Shown here: positions 20,047 through 30,602 of the stretch, piece by piece
Layout of the letters: each line of letters begins with the position of its first letter
Position numbering within the stretch: the stretch's first letter is position 1
IMG/VR virus record: IMGVR_UViG_3300010338_000470
Strand: one strand, 5' to 3'
From: a virus
Lineage: Duplodnaviria > Caudoviricetes
Length of the DNA stretch: 64,000 bases
Notes under the pieces: generated by a model
Told to the model about the DNA's origin: nothing
Databases searched by the model: none
What the model saw: only the letters and a program-made list of their open reading frames with translations
Made by a program: the position numbers and the translations under genes

Positions 20047-20457
20047 TTAGTCGCAAGTTATGTTGAGTGATCCTGGTGCAAAGTAGGGGGCGTTGCCAAC
20101 TACTGGCGACACAGGAAAGGACAACTCTCCCCATAGTAGCAGATTACCTCCCGTGTCCGAGTCGTATATCCCAACATAGGATACAGCCCCCCAGGCAGCT
20201 GTAGCTGTGGCAAACTGAATAGGAGCTGCGTTCTGCTTCGTGGAAGAAACGGCATCCGGCCAATGGTCCGTGTCGTTGAGTACAAGCACCCTGGCATACC
20301 CCGTGCCGGAAGTGGAGACCTCAACCCCCCCGGAGGCGTCGCTAGGAGAGGAGGTCAGGAGACCCACCCAAACAGAAGAAGGAACATTAGCGCCACAGTT
20401 GTCCCCTAGGATGGAGTCCAGAACTATGTTTTCGAAGTAGTCGGTTGCTGAGCCCAT
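20047..20457 (-). CDS. phage tail/minor structural protein
   Basis: DYFEN..LD...GVEVS..GTGYAR...F.TATAAWG...GIYD...GGNLL pattern. Confidence 0.75.
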   Translation of the reverse strand: MGSATDYFENIVLDSILGDNCGANVPSSVWVGLLTSSPSDASGGVEVSTSGTGYARVLVLNDTDHWPDAVSSTKQNAAPIQFATATAAWGAVSYVGIYDSDTGGNLLLWGELSFPVSPVVGNAPYFAPGSLNITCD

Positions 20458-20506
20458 AGATTTCCTTTTCGTTGAGTTCTATTCTAGCGGAGTGCCGAGC
20501 TTGGCT

Positions 20507-21001
20507 TCAGATGGAAAGAACAACCGAGAGGCAGTATTCCACAGGGTAATAATAGTTTTGGTTACCAGCCATAACTGTAACTCCAACATCACCACCGCCA
20601 ATAACTTCCTCCCCTGAGCCAAAGGTCCACCGAAGACTATCAACATTCTTCATGTTTGGAGCAAACACTGAGCTGTCGACAATTGGAGCCGGTGCATCAT
20701 CGAGGGTGAGGATCTCTAGAGCAAAAATGGGCGGTACTGGAGCACTCGGATCAAGAGGTTCTGGTCTCCAAGGATGGGCAGAGATCATCCCGGAAGCGTC
20801 GAATCTCCAAATGATACAATCGACATCCTGAGGGTCGCCAACTTCACGGGATTCAGGGTCAAAGGCTCCATGGAACCCGAGATGAACATCAACAATCCTG
20901 AATCTTCTGAAGCCAGACATGCCGGAAGGGGAGATCAACAACAGTCCAGCGGTGTCATCAGGGAGGACTATCCCGGAGATGGTGTAAGTGTACAGGTCCA
21001 C
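20507..21001 (-). CDS. hypothetical protein, possibly a paralogue of 19593-20036
   Basis: ORF track; similar layout (MxxYxI...FDG/FHG...GEExVI). Confidence 0.55.
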   Translation of the reverse strand: MDLYTYTISGIVLPDDTAGLLLISPSGMSGFRRFRIVDVHLGFHGAFDPESREVGDPQDVDCIIWRFDASGMISAHPWRPEPLDPSAPVPPIFALEILTLDDAPAPIVDSSVFAPNMKNVDSLRWTFGSGEEVIGGGDVGVTVMAGNQNYYYPVEYCLSVVLSI

Positions 21002-21002
21002 G

Positions 21003-21497
21003 TCAAATCATCTCCAAGTAGGGCTTCCACTCTGGACGCGATTCTACATTAGACATCAGCCAAATATTCGTAGTCGGAACGTGAGGTTGCTTAAGGGGCT
21101 CCCACCCGATCTCCTCAAGGGTGTTGTCAGCCTTCCTGAGGTTGCACCTCGGGCAGCAGGCAAGGACATTGGTCCACTCGTGCTTACCTCCACGGGAGCG
21201 CGGAAAAACGTGATCTATGGTCGAAGCCTTGCGGCCACAACCGTACTGACAGATGCCCCCATCCCTAGCCATAAGTGAACGACGATTTAGGGCCACGCGA
21301 GCCTGAAATGGGACAGTCACGAAGTAGTTCAACTTCACCACCGAAGGCCTAGGGAAGTCCTCTGAGGCAGAGGAAATCACCCCATCGGCAGCTTCAAGCA
21401 TGTCAGCCTTGCCTTGGAGCAAGAGAACCATGGCGCGCTTCATCGGGATCGTTCTCAACGGTGCAAATGAAGCATTAAGCAGTAGGACGCTTTCCAC
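21003..21497 (-). CDS. HNH endonuclease (McrA-like, actinobacterial VLLLNAS type)
   Basis: VLLLNASFAPL...RDGGICQYGC...TIDHVFPRSRGGKHEWTNVLACCPRCNLRK. Confidence 0.9.
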   Translation of the reverse strand: MESVLLLNASFAPLRTIPMKRAMVLLLQGKADMLEAADGVISSASEDFPRPSVVKLNYFVTVPFQARVALNRRSLMARDGGICQYGCGRKASTIDHVFPRSRGGKHEWTNVLACCPRCNLRKADNTLEEIGWEPLKQPHVPTTNIWLMSNVESRPEWKPYLEMI

Positions 21498-21540
21498 GGT
21501 TGGCCTTAAGTTTGAGTTGAATGGATTCTACCCCCGAAGT

Positions 21541-22320
21541 CTACACCTCCTCAGGCAAAGAGAACCCCATCTGGGTGAGGACCTCGTAAAGAGGTCCGCC
21601 CCTGAATCGGGTCTGCCTGAATCCTGGCGGCAGTGCTCCACAGTTCGACAAGAAGACCCTCTGGATGGAATTCCTGGTCGTCAGCCTCGATCCACCGAAC
21701 TTCGTGAAGTAGAGTCGATCTGTGGCGTACTCCCAGCCCATCCGGACATTGAACTCTCTCGCCCTCCCGGAATCCACCACCTCAGTCAGGCACTCCAAGT
21801 AACGTGCAGCGAGACAATTCAAGAGCCAACGACGATCAGCACGAGCCTTGACCGCAGCAGGTGAGCCCCAGCAGGGCGAGTACTCCGACCAGCCTCGCTC
21901 GTGAGTGACGTGGAAGAACAGGTGCCCTGCTGCGTGCCTTCCGGCCACGTTGTCAGGGAAAAGCTTGTAGACTTCCGTCGCCAAGTTCTCGTTGGGGACG
22001 TTCTCCAGGTGTCGGCTTCCGTAGCGGAAGACGCATCCAAGATTGTCGTGACGACGGTCCCACATGGCCTCCTTGATCTCCTCCTTGTAACGAAGATCGG
22101 AGCGAGCCATCTTGGCGTACCCGTAGTTCTCTGCATCGAAATCAGAGTCCGGGTTCAAGGCCTCATCCTTGAACTCCTCCCGATGGGAGGACAAAGCAGC
22201 CTTAACCGTGTGTCGGTTGCGTCGATTCGCGTCGGCCTTAGCGAACTTGGCGTAGGACTGACGCGGGGAGGCAAGGGAGTCGCGAGCGATGTTTCGTCGC
22301 TTGTTAACCGCGTAAGTCAT
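21541..22320 (-). CDS. hypothetical basic protein
   Basis: AAAGGAG RBS before MTYAV. Confidence 0.65.
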   Translation of the reverse strand: MTYAVNKRRNIARDSLASPRQSYAKFAKADANRRNRHTVKAALSSHREEFKDEALNPDSDFDAENYGYAKMARSDLRYKEEIKEAMWDRRHDNLGCVFRYGSRHLENVPNENLATEVYKLFPDNVAGRHAAGHLFFHVTHERGWSEYSPCWGSPAAVKARADRRWLLNCLAARYLECLTEVVDSGRAREFNVRMGWEYATDRLYFTKFGGSRLTTRNSIQRVFLSNCGALPPGFRQTRFRGGPLYEVLTQMGFSLPEEV

Positions 22321-22419
22321 GTTATCTCCTTTCATAAGTGAACCTAACATTCACTATGACTAGTAGTTAACATGACCCTCCTTTCGGTTCGACTGACAAG
22401 CAGCCTACAGTGTCGATCT

Positions 22420-23607
22420 TCAGATCAGGTATCTTATCACCAAGAGACCTGAGCCCCCGCTGGCCCCGACAGCAGTTCCGCCATATCCACCGTGGCCTCC
22501 TCCACCCCCACCACCAGTGTTGGCGGTTCCAGCTACAGCAGCTCCACTGACACCCTGACCTCTACCTCCGCCCCCAACACCCCCAGAAGTATTGGCCCAT
22601 CCGTTGGCGGAGCCTCCACCCCCGCCACCTCCGACAGGAAATCCCCAAATGGTGGTTCCATCTCCTCCGTTGCCTCCAATTAGAGGCCCACCGTCGGCTC
22701 CGGCAGTCAGAAAGCCTCCACCTCCACCGCATCCGATGGCTCCACCTAGTTGAGTGCAAGCTCCTCCGTGGTTACCGAACCCACTGATACCTTGCTTGCC
22801 GGACTGAACAACTCCAGCCCCCGCTCCTCCACCGCTTCCACCAACGAGCCCCAGGTCTCCGAACCAGGAGCCCCCACCGCCCCCACCGGGGGCACCAATA
22901 GTTCCCGTGTCTTCTCCCGTTAGGGTGGTGAACCCCCCGCTTGGGCCAACACTACTGCCAGCTACGCCACCAGCTCCAATGGTGATCTTAAGGTCCTCAT
23001 AAGCTGGCATGATGGAGACAACGGCTATACCTCCAGCTCCTCCACCTCCACCAGCGTCACGGCCCCCGGCTCCCCCGCCACCAACGAGAAGGACCTCAAG
23101 AGTCGGGCTGTTGTCGCCATCCACAAAGGTAAGAGTTCCGCTTGAAGTGAAAACGTGATAGTGGTATCCTCCATCGTGGTATTCGCTGTTGCCACCCTCT
23201 GCGCTGTAGGAGGGTTTAGGGCAGGGTGTCCCCCCTCCGCCCGTGTTGTTTACTTCGGTGGCGTCACCGGAAAAGAACTCTACGGTGTATTGCGTGTTGC
23301 TGGCTGAGATGAGCTTAACGACAGCGCTATCTTCAACGTACTTTCTGATGTAGTTGAAGGATCCGGTTTCTGCTGCTACAGCCTGTCCGTGACTTCCAAT
23401 AACAGGGTTGGTTCCGTCCACGGTAAACCAGATTGGGGCTTTTCCATCAAGGTTAACGACCCGAATGGCTGCCCCTCGGTTGTGAATAACCTTGTATGCT
23501 GTGTCCCCAAAGTAGTTCGTGTAGGGCACCTGCACGTCAGCGGGAAGATCAATAGTGACGGATGCCACAGTGTTTGGGGTTAGGGTTCCAGAAACTTCGG
23601 TAGCCAT
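22420..23607 (-). CDS. glycine-rich virion/tail-fibre protein
   Basis: YHVFTSSGTL...VLLVGGGGAGG...GGSGLLVIRY; TAGCAT-6 nt-ATG. Confidence 0.8.
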   Translation of the reverse strand: MATEVSGTLTPNTVASVTIDLPADVQVPYTNYFGDTAYKVIHNRGAAIRVVNLDGKAPIWFTVDGTNPVIGSHGQAVAAETGSFNYIRKYVEDSAVVKLISASNTQYTVEFFSGDATEVNNTGGGGTPCPKPSYSAEGGNSEYHDGGYHYHVFTSSGTLTFVDGDNSPTLEVLLVGGGGAGGRDAGGGGGAGGIAVVSIMPAYEDLKITIGAGGVAGSSVGPSGGFTTLTGEDTGTIGAPGGGGGGSWFGDLGLVGGSGGGAGAGVVQSGKQGISGFGNHGGACTQLGGAIGCGGGGGFLTAGADGGPLIGGNGGDGTTIWGFPVGGGGGGGSANGWANTSGGVGGGGRGQGVSGAAVAGTANTGGGGGGGHGGYGGTAVGASGGSGLLVIRYLI

Positions 23608-23634
23608 GACTCAATGCTACCAGAAGGACAAGCA

Positions 23635-24327
23635 CTAGCCGTGCAGGAGCCCCCAGCGCTTGATGTCCCGCTCCTTAGCGCTATGCGTCCAGTCGTTCGA
23701 CCCATTGCTAGCTGTGGCCTCATTCAAGTGATCCACGGGCCACCCAAGGAGACGGTACTGGGACCCGCCCTGCTCCCTAACGTCCCAAGCCAGCTGATCG
23801 TCCCCAAACCACCACTCAAACCCATCATCCACCATAGGAAAGCCTTCTCTGGCGATCTCGCCGCGAATCATAAACATGTGGCCACACATTCCGCCATCCT
23901 TCTTGGTTCCATAAGTAGGGCGAACCCCCAAGGATTCATCCACCCCCATTGAGGTGTGCCGGTCGTAATTAGGGTAGGTGATCCAGGCATCCCCAATGGC
24001 TCTCAATGTGGTAGACAGGGCGGCAAGTGTGCCACGACAAAAATCTATGTCGTTGTTCAGGAAAGCTATGTCGAACTCTCCAGACTCCTTGTCGAGGGCG
24101 GTGGACCACCCATGGTTCCACATCTCATAAATGGACATGGTGGGGGCCGAGAGGACCCTTGCGTTATCCATCTCGGATGTCCTCTTCCTGATGATCGACA
24201 TTGTTTCCTCAGTGGAATCGTTGTCGTAAAGGAGAACGGAATCTACCTCCTCAAACGCTAGAAGGTCGAGAACCTTAAGAGTCAACCCTGGTTCATCCCG
24301 AAAAGGCATAACTGCATAGATGGGCAC
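23635..24327 (-). CDS. GT-A (GT2-like) glycosyltransferase
   Basis: LYDNDSTE, FLNNDI, FEWWFGDDQL. Confidence 0.8.
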   Translation of the reverse strand: MPIYAVMPFRDEPGLTLKVLDLLAFEEVDSVLLYDNDSTEETMSIIRKRTSEMDNARVLSAPTMSIYEMWNHGWSTALDKESGEFDIAFLNNDIDFCRGTLAALSTTLRAIGDAWITYPNYDRHTSMGVDESLGVRPTYGTKKDGGMCGHMFMIRGEIAREGFPMVDDGFEWWFGDDQLAWDVREQGGSQYRLLGWPVDHLNEATASNGSNDWTHSAKERDIKRWGLLHG

Positions 24328-25068
24328 TTAGCTCTCCTTCAACAAGAGGGGTTCTACGTCTGAAGGGAAGCGATAGTGCTCCTTCCAGTACCTCAAGGCT
24401 GACTGAACGTGCTCCTTCTTCATGTGATCCTCTTCAGAGGTAACCAGATGAGAAGACGGGACATCAAGTTCCTCTAACGTCATCGTAGACCCAACAACAT
24501 CAGGGAACCTTCTCCATCTAGCACCAGGCATCAACCCTGCATCACCTATCAACATGGTATGAACGACATGCTCGAAAGCATTGTGGAAATGGGTGTCCAT
24601 CAGCCCAACCTCAAAGATAGCCTTTCTGCTGTAATAGCAGAAGGCTCCAACGCACTCGTAATGATACGAGAAGAAAGACCCCTCTTCCACCATGGAATTC
24701 CTGGAACCGTGATGGGCAAACATCGTGTGATTCATGCCATACCGCTCGCAGCCCTCAATGGGTCGCACGAAGGCATCAGGATGAAGAACCCTAATGTCGT
24801 CCTCTATGACAAAGAGGTGGTCCACTCCATCGTCCATCATGGCTTGCAAGAGCCTGTTCTTGGAAGTGGCGATATTGGAGTGCTCACCCCTAAAGAGCTT
24901 CACCCCCAAGGGCTCCAAGGCGCTGAAACTGTCCCCGTAATCAAGATCGGAACCGTCATCGCTGACATAAAGATAGGCCGAATCAGGGGCATTTTCAAGA
25001 ACACTTTCAAGGCATTGACCGAAAGCGATAGGCCTGTTGAATGTAGCTATCCCAATGCCAACCTTCAA
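24328..25068 (-). CDS. GT2 glycosyltransferase
   Basis: IATFNRP, VSDDGS, FVIEDDI, GLMD. Confidence 0.85.
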   Translation of the reverse strand: MKVGIGIATFNRPIAFGQCLESVLENAPDSAYLYVSDDGSDLDYGDSFSALEPLGVKLFRGEHSNIATSKNRLLQAMMDDGVDHLFVIEDDIRVLHPDAFVRPIEGCERYGMNHTMFAHHGSRNSMVEEGSFFSYHYECVGAFCYYSRKAIFEVGLMDTHFHNAFEHVVHTMLIGDAGLMPGARWRRFPDVVGSTMTLEELDVPSSHLVTSEEDHMKKEHVQSALRYWKEHYRFPSDVEPLLLKES

Positions 25069-25811
25069 CCCACTACCCCTTGAGTTGAAAGATCATGCCC
25101 CCGCTTCTCCAGGGGAACAAGAGGCTTGTGGACCCCCTGTAGGTCTTTGCGAACCCTGCATTCGAGGCCAAAAAGCTGCCTGACGTCATCAGCGTAAGTG
25201 GGGTCATCTGTCATCCCGGCACCGCGGGGGTGAATGTCTGCCCGCCATTGGATGCGTTGGAAAATGTGTCTATCGACCATCAGAAATCCAGCAGTATTCC
25301 AATGCTCCTGAACTGGGAAAGTTGGATACTCGTTATCAAGACGCTTCCCAGCAAGACAATAAGCAGGGACATCACCGCCAGTGAACGGGTAGCCAAGTTC
25401 TGACAGCTTAGAAATAGACTCCGGTGGTACCGTTAGATCTGAATCCAGAAAAAGGATCTTATCGACGTCCTCGTCCCTCAAAGCGTAGTCGATGATGAGG
25501 TTCCTGCCTGTACATATACGCAGAAGTCTGTTCCACCCATCAATGACGGCAGCTCCGTCAGAGATGGAGAAACCCCAGTATTCACCTCTCGCCCCAGGCA
25601 GAGCATCTACCTCCCCCAGGAGATTGGTAAGCTTGTCAAAGGGTCCAATTCCTCTAGTGTCATGCTCTATGGCCGCAAAGAACTTGACCTCATCATACCC
25701 GTAATCGAGTGCATCAGTGACCATGCCTCTGGCGTGAGACAGCCACATTCTGTCCTCCCCGGACAAGGCCTTGAAAGTGGGGAGAGTAGTCCCGACCACA
25801 ACCTTAGCCAT
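25065..25811 (-). CDS. GT-A glycosyltransferase
   Basis: GRNLIIDYAL...ILFLDSD...AGFLMVDR. Confidence 0.75.
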   Translation of the reverse strand: MAKVVVGTTLPTFKALSGEDRMWLSHARGMVTDALDYGYDEVKFFAAIEHDTRGIGPFDKLTNLLGEVDALPGARGEYWGFSISDGAAVIDGWNRLLRICTGRNLIIDYALRDEDVDKILFLDSDLTVPPESISKLSELGYPFTGGDVPAYCLAGKRLDNEYPTFPVQEHWNTAGFLMVDRHIFQRIQWRADIHPRGAGMTDDPTYADDVRQLFGLECRVRKDLQGVHKPLVPLEKRGHDLSTQGVVG

Positions 25812-26778
25812 GAGTGCGCCTGACTTGCTCTAGGACCCATTCGTAGGTTCTCTCCATGCCTGACCGGAGATCGGAGGATGGAGCCCACCCAAGAGTCTCC
25901 TTGATGAGAGTGTTATCAGAATTTCTACCTCTCACCCCCACGGGGGCTTCAAGGTCGTAGATGTGATTCAACTCCACCCCAGCGATGTCCTCCACCATGA
26001 GCGCCAAGCCCTCGATGGAAATGGATTCATCTGACCCCAGATTCAGGGGTCCACCATAGTCGGACTCCATGATTCTCCTGGTCCCCTCAACGCACTCGTC
26101 AACGTACAAGAAGGACCTAGTCTGTTGCCCGTCCCCACCGATGACAATGGAGTCGCCTCCGAGAACAACAGCTTCCGCTACCTTCCTACAAATAGCAGCC
26201 GGGGCCTTCTCTCGGCCTCCAGTCCAAGTCCCGTGAGGCCCAAATACGTTATGAAGCCTGGCGACTCTTGTCTCAAGGCCAGACTCCAAATGAGCCCACT
26301 TGCAGTATTCCTCCCCGTACAACTTGTCCAGGCCGTAGCAAGGCTCAGGATTAGCTGGCCAAGCGTCGTCCTCCCTCAAGGAAACCTCAGTCTCCTGCTG
26401 GAGGTCATCACGGTAAACGCATGCGCTTGAGTTGTAAAGGAGCCTTTCGAGCCCCCCTGCTTCCCTGAAGATGTTGCCAGTAATGAGGACACTGTTCAGT
26501 GTGTCCACACGGTGGGTCCCGAGAAAGAACATCCCGCCCATATCTGCTGCCAAATGGTAGCAATCCTTGGCTCCGTCTAGAAGCTCAGCGCAGTTTTCCC
26601 TGACCGATAGGTCTGATCTCTCAACATTGACTGCATCGGGATGAATCTGATGCCACTCCTCGAACGGCTTGATGTCAGAGGTCCTTACACTGAACCCTTC
26701 ATCAAGAAGCCTCCGAATCAGGTGCCCAGCGATAAACCCGCCACCACCAGAAACAGCCACCATTCTAGACATGGACAA
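25804..26778 (-). CDS. NAD-dependent epimerase, GDP-mannose 3',5'-epimerase-like
   Basis: GGGGFIAGH, HLAADMGGM, SSACVY, YGLDK, GGREKAPAAICRK, GVRGRNSDN. Confidence 0.85.
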   Translation of the reverse strand: MSMSRMVAVSGGGGFIAGHLIRRLLDEGFSVRTSDIKPFEEWHQIHPDAVNVERSDLSVRENCAELLDGAKDCYHLAADMGGMFFLGTHRVDTLNSVLITGNIFREAGGLERLLYNSSACVYRDDLQQETEVSLREDDAWPANPEPCYGLDKLYGEEYCKWAHLESGLETRVARLHNVFGPHGTWTGGREKAPAAICRKVAEAVVLGGDSIVIGGDGQQTRSFLYVDECVEGTRRIMESDYGGPLNLGSDESISIEGLALMVEDIAGVELNHIYDLEAPVGVRGRNSDNTLIKETLGWAPSSDLRSGMERTYEWVLEQVRRTHG

Positions 26779-27616
26779 CCCCCCTTAGGACCTCCTCAAT
26801 GCCTTGCCTTAGGGTCATTGTTGGTTGCCAGAACTCCAGAATCGGAGAGCTGGGCTCGTTGCCAAAGTCGCGTTGCACTTCATCCGAAGCCTCCCCCGCA
26901 ATGATATCTCTGACCACGTCAGGACCCATCACGGCCTGGATTTCCTCAGCAATCTCCATAATCGAGACCCATTCAAAGCTGGTGACATCATAGAAGAGGT
27001 CCGACCGCAGACTGTCAACATTTTCCATGAGTGCCTCCAGGGCTCTGGAAGCGTCCAAGGCGTGAAGCATCTGACGCTTCTCTAGCCCGTCCGTCTTCAT
27101 CCTGATCACATAGTCCTTCATGGCGCTGTTGATGAAATCAGTGACAACGTGGAACTTCTCGGGATCAGTTTCATTCCCGAAGACATTCCAGAAACGAACA
27201 TTGTACCCGCCCAAGGCCTGCGTGTAAAACTCCCCCAGCCTCTTGAGGGTCCCATACTGAGACCATGGCATGCTGGACATTTGACTGGATGTAAAGATGA
27301 ACGGAATGGGCCTGCCAGCCTCTGTCGTGGCCCTCTGGTGGGCTTCAGCAAAGTTGGACATGATCCGCACGTTGTTGTCGAGGAACTCAACTGAAGACTG
27401 ATGCTTTTTGAGGTAGGTGGAACCCCCTACGTCGAACGCCAAAAAGAAAGTGAACTCAGCCCACTGCAACAGGAAGCTCAACTTCTCGATGTTCGCAGCA
27501 TCACGAAGATCAAGGTCCATGTCGAAAGCTTCGACGTTGTGTCCGTTGGACAACAAGTGGGAAGTCAAGGCGGAGCCAACCTGCCCCTCAGCTCCAAGGA
27601 TCAGAACGTCCTGCAT
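26765..27616 (-). CDS. NAD-dependent epimerase/reductase (extended SDR)
   Basis: ILGAEGQVG, FLAFDVGGS, SSQMS, YGTLK. Confidence 0.85.
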   Translation of the reverse strand: MQDVLILGAEGQVGSALTSHLLSNGHNVEAFDMDLDLRDAANIEKLSFLLQWAEFTFFLAFDVGGSTYLKKHQSSVEFLDNNVRIMSNFAEAHQRATTEAGRPIPFIFTSSQMSSMPWSQYGTLKRLGEFYTQALGGYNVRFWNVFGNETDPEKFHVVTDFINSAMKDYVIRMKTDGLEKRQMLHALDASRALEALMENVDSLRSDLFYDVTSFEWVSIMEIAEEIQAVMGPDVVRDIIAGEASDEVQRDFGNEPSSPILEFWQPTMTLRQGIEEVLRGVVHV

Positions 27617-28463
27617 CTAAAGCCCTTTCAGTAATCCAGTTAGCAAGCGAGAGATCCCCCCTGGCGAATCTCAGGAAGTTGCCCCCAGAAGGAGCCCTCT
27701 CGCAACGAAGGGCCTCCAGGATACCATCAACAACTTCACCTGCTGTGGCATTGAAGGAAACCCACCGGAACCCCCCTGGATCGAGGCCCATTCCACGAAC
27801 CGCTAAAGAGTTTGTCAGCGGGACACACCCAGAGAAGACAGCATCAAAAAACTTGTCAGTCAATGCCCATGGGGAATTTTCAAAATCTATGACTGTCCTG
27901 TAATTCCTCAGGACCTCCCCCTTGCCTCCTGGCGGTATCTCGCCACGAAGGCGTTCGTCTGTTCCCGTTGTCATCCCCCTCCCGTAAAAGTGGATACCTA
28001 CGTCTGTATCGAGAAGGAGACTAAGAACTTCTCGCCTCAGTCTTTGGTAAGGCGTATAGGTCTTCGTTGAAGCTATAAAGCATGCTTCATAAGGGCGATC
28101 TTCCCACCCACTCAAAAGAGCTACATCTGGGCGGACGGAGGGGACCCCGATGCCAAGGACAGGGTCAAATCGTTCATCTAGCGGGGTGAAGCTGTAGTAC
28201 TGACCCACCTTCGATAAGTCCTTGGTCCTCCAGCCTCCATACATTACGTCCAGGATCTCTTCAGGTTCCAGGACCAAGCCTATTGTTCTCTCTGGCGGGG
28301 TTGTCACCTCATCGAAAGCGAAATTGAAGACGACAGCGAAATCGTAGTCCCCGCCATCCATGAACTCCACCCCGGAGACTATTGGGTCAAAAAGGGAGCG
28401 CCCGAAAATCTCCTCCAGGAGAGTACTAGAGGAGGCCCAATCCGAGAAAAGCCTGACCTTCAA
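27588..28463 (-). CDS. GT-B glycosyltransferase (GT10/fucosyltransferase-like)
   Basis: FYGRG...KGEVLRNYRTVIDFENS..LTDKFFDA..GCVP. Confidence 0.7.
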   Translation of the reverse strand: MKVRLFSDWASSSTLLEEIFGRSLFDPIVSGVEFMDGGDYDFAVVFNFAFDEVTTPPERTIGLVLEPEEILDVMYGGWRTKDLSKVGQYYSFTPLDERFDPVLGIGVPSVRPDVALLSGWEDRPYEACFIASTKTYTPYQRLRREVLSLLLDTDVGIHFYGRGMTTGTDERLRGEIPPGGKGEVLRNYRTVIDFENSPWALTDKFFDAVFSGCVPLTNSLAVRGMGLDPGGFRWVSFNATAGEVVDGILEALRCERAPSGGNFLRFARGDLSLANWITERALDAGRSDPWS

Positions 28464-29107
28464 TTCGGCCTCAGGTAAAGTGCGTCAGCATGAAATAAGG
28501 CTTCGGTCATGCTATCGTCAGGATAGACCCTTACCCAATCTGTTTCCAGGAAAGAATCCAGCTCCGTGAGTCTAGTGCCGCCATGGTAAAACTCAACTGA
28601 GGAATACTCTGTGACTATGGCGTCAAACTGGCCGAGGATAGACTCCATGCTCCGAAGAATGGGAAGCTCGGACCCTTGAGTGTCCAGCACTAGGATGTTT
28701 GCTCCATCTATGACGCCGCGGTCTTCTGCGCTCAAGGAGTTGTAGAAGAATCCCCACGTCACAGTGGAAACCTTGATCGAATGAGTTACTGGAGCATGCG
28801 GGTTCTGCACAGCGTGGTACGCTGGCCTGAACAGAGAGGAAGCGTACTCGTCCTTGGTGACGAAAAACTCTACTTCCTCCCCATCTGAATCGAAGAGGCA
28901 GGCCTCGTGCGCCCTCTGTCCCCCAAGTTCTGGATTGGCCTTCAACTTGGCAGCAAAATCAGGATGAGCCTCAACCCAGGTTACGTTGTCTCCAACGAAC
29001 CCCCTGTAGTGTGATGCCTCTTCCCCGTAGTGCGCCCCAATGTGGAGAATGCCGCGGGGGGAGACACCGTTCTCAAGCAAGAAGCCTAGTCCGAAAAATT
29101 CATTCAT
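28460..29107 (-). CDS. FkbM-family methyltransferase
   Basis: ILHIGAHYGEE, WVEAHP, LDTQGSEL, DALY. Confidence 0.88.
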   Translation of the reverse strand: MNEFFGLGFLLENGVSPRGILHIGAHYGEEASHYRGFVGDNVTWVEAHPDFAAKLKANPELGGQRAHEACLFDSDGEEVEFFVTKDEYASSLFRPAYHAVQNPHAPVTHSIKVSTVTWGFFYNSLSAEDRGVIDGANILVLDTQGSELPILRSMESILGQFDAIVTEYSSVEFYHGGTRLTELDSFLETDWVRVYPDDSMTEALFHADALYLRPN

Positions 29108-29871
29108 TGTGCTGTCCAGGTTAACGGGTGATACCTATCAAACATTACCGATGTATCGATATGCTTAAGGGGTTCACCATACCACCTCTTGGGATAGATC
29201 ACGGTTGGGTCACCATCTAGGCCTCTCATCCATGCCGCCCACCAAGAGAAGGAAGAATTTGACATGATGATGTTGTCGCATAAGGACATGGCGAACAAGT
29301 CAAGGACAGCGTTCTGGTTTCCCAGAGGGCGAGCGTTGGTGAGTAACATGACATCTACTCCCTTCGGTGGCCCCGCCCCAAAGAGGCAATCCTTGAAAAG
29401 TGACTGCTGAGCGCACCACTCAGGGCTGTCGGAGAAGACGATGAATGGGCCACCCGTCCGATCCATGGCTTGTTCGTAGTATTCCAGTGGCATCACAGGG
29501 TGATGGGAAGCATACTGGGGGGTGACGTTGTTGCCTCTTCGGACGTGGACAGCTGTAAACTCAGGAAGCTCAATGTCGTACATAGAGTTCAGGAGATCGC
29601 TGGTGATGGGGCTCGGATTCAGCATCCCTGAGATGTCTTCGGGGACGAAGAGACTCAGGTCCTGAAAGTACTCCTCGCCCATGTCTAGGCAGTCTTCAAA
29701 GTTGGAGTCGAAGAAGCTGTCAGGGAATCTGAAGAATTGCCTATAGAACCAATCATTTGGGAAAACAGGCATGACCCCTTGAGCCTCGGCCTGACCAATG
29801 GTGCCAGCCATCTGCCACAGCTGGTTACCCAGGGCTCCGAAACTCTCTAGCTTCTGAAAGCTGTACCTCAT
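29104..29871 (-). CDS. GT11 alpha-1,2-fucosyltransferase-like protein
   Basis: GALGNQLWQ, AVHVRRG, VFSD, SNSSFSWWAAW. Confidence 0.88.
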   Translation of the reverse strand: MRYSFQKLESFGALGNQLWQMAGTIGQAEAQGVMPVFPNDWFYRQFFRFPDSFFDSNFEDCLDMGEEYFQDLSLFVPEDISGMLNPSPITSDLLNSMYDIELPEFTAVHVRRGNNVTPQYASHHPVMPLEYYEQAMDRTGGPFIVFSDSPEWCAQQSLFKDCLFGAGPPKGVDVMLLTNARPLGNQNAVLDLFAMSLCDNIIMSNSSFSWWAAWMRGLDGDPTVIYPKRWYGEPLKHIDTSVMFDRYHPLTWTAQ

Positions 29872-30602
29872 GCTCTCCTCCTCGACTCAACCAACCGCCT
29901 CATGATCTCAGGGTTGCCTGCTGATTGCTCATATTCTCGGTACATTGCACGATTCCTATCAATGTGTGGCTGCCCCCACGTAGTCCGATCCGTCACCGGG
30001 TGCCAGATATGGATGGCGAACCCGTCCTGAACTCTCTGGTGATCGCCCAACAGGGTGTCGGCCTGGACAGTAAAGGCATTGTCCTCGTAGCCCCACCCTT
30101 CGAACCTCTCGTCAAACCCTCCGATATCAAGAAAGTCCTTAGCCCTCAAAAGAACCTGCCCTGACCAGGCTTTGATCTTATGTTCATAACTTATGTTGTT
30201 GGGGTTGATTGGAAAGTGGGGCGGGAGAGACAGGATCCACTCCGATGAGGCCCGATCAGCGTTGTAGTAATCAGCGTCACCGTAAGGAAGGACCCAGGGA
30301 GCCCCCAGCTCCAGTAGACGCAATCCCTCATGGATCGCCTCAGGGTGGGGAATGGTGTCAGCGTCACCTATAAGGACGTACTCGGTAGTTGTGGACTCAA
30401 CTCCAAGGTTGATGGACATGGAGCGATTGAAGTCGACTCCGGGGTTGCCGGACAGCTTGAAGGGCGAATCAGGAAAAAGCATCTCGTAACGACGCTTAAC
30501 CCAGTTAAGTGTGTTCTTCCGGTAGCGGTTCTTTTCCACCTCCTCAGGGAGGGTTGGAAAAACCTCGCGCCACGGGATGATTACCGTAAGATTGCCCTTC
30601 AC
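29868..30602 (-). CDS. GT2/GT7-like glycosyltransferase
   Basis: FNRS..NLG, GDADTI, GGFDERFEGWGYED, HIWH. Confidence 0.85.
   Translation of the reverse strand: MKGNLTVIIPWREVFPTLPEEVEKNRYRKNTLNWVKRRYEMLFPDSPFKLSGNPGVDFNRSMSINLGVESTTTEYVLIGDADTIPHPEAIHEGLRLLELGAPWVLPYGDADYYNADRASSEWILSLPPHFPINPNNISYEHKIKAWSGQVLLRAKDFLDIGGFDERFEGWGYEDNAFTVQADTLLGDHQRVQDGFAIHIWHPVTDRTTWGQPHIDRNRAMYREYEQSAGNPEIMRRLVESRRRA

Noticed and set aside
22420-23100. Low-complexity CCx repeats as a DNA repeat element
   Set aside because: Explained by glycine codons of the Gly-rich virion protein
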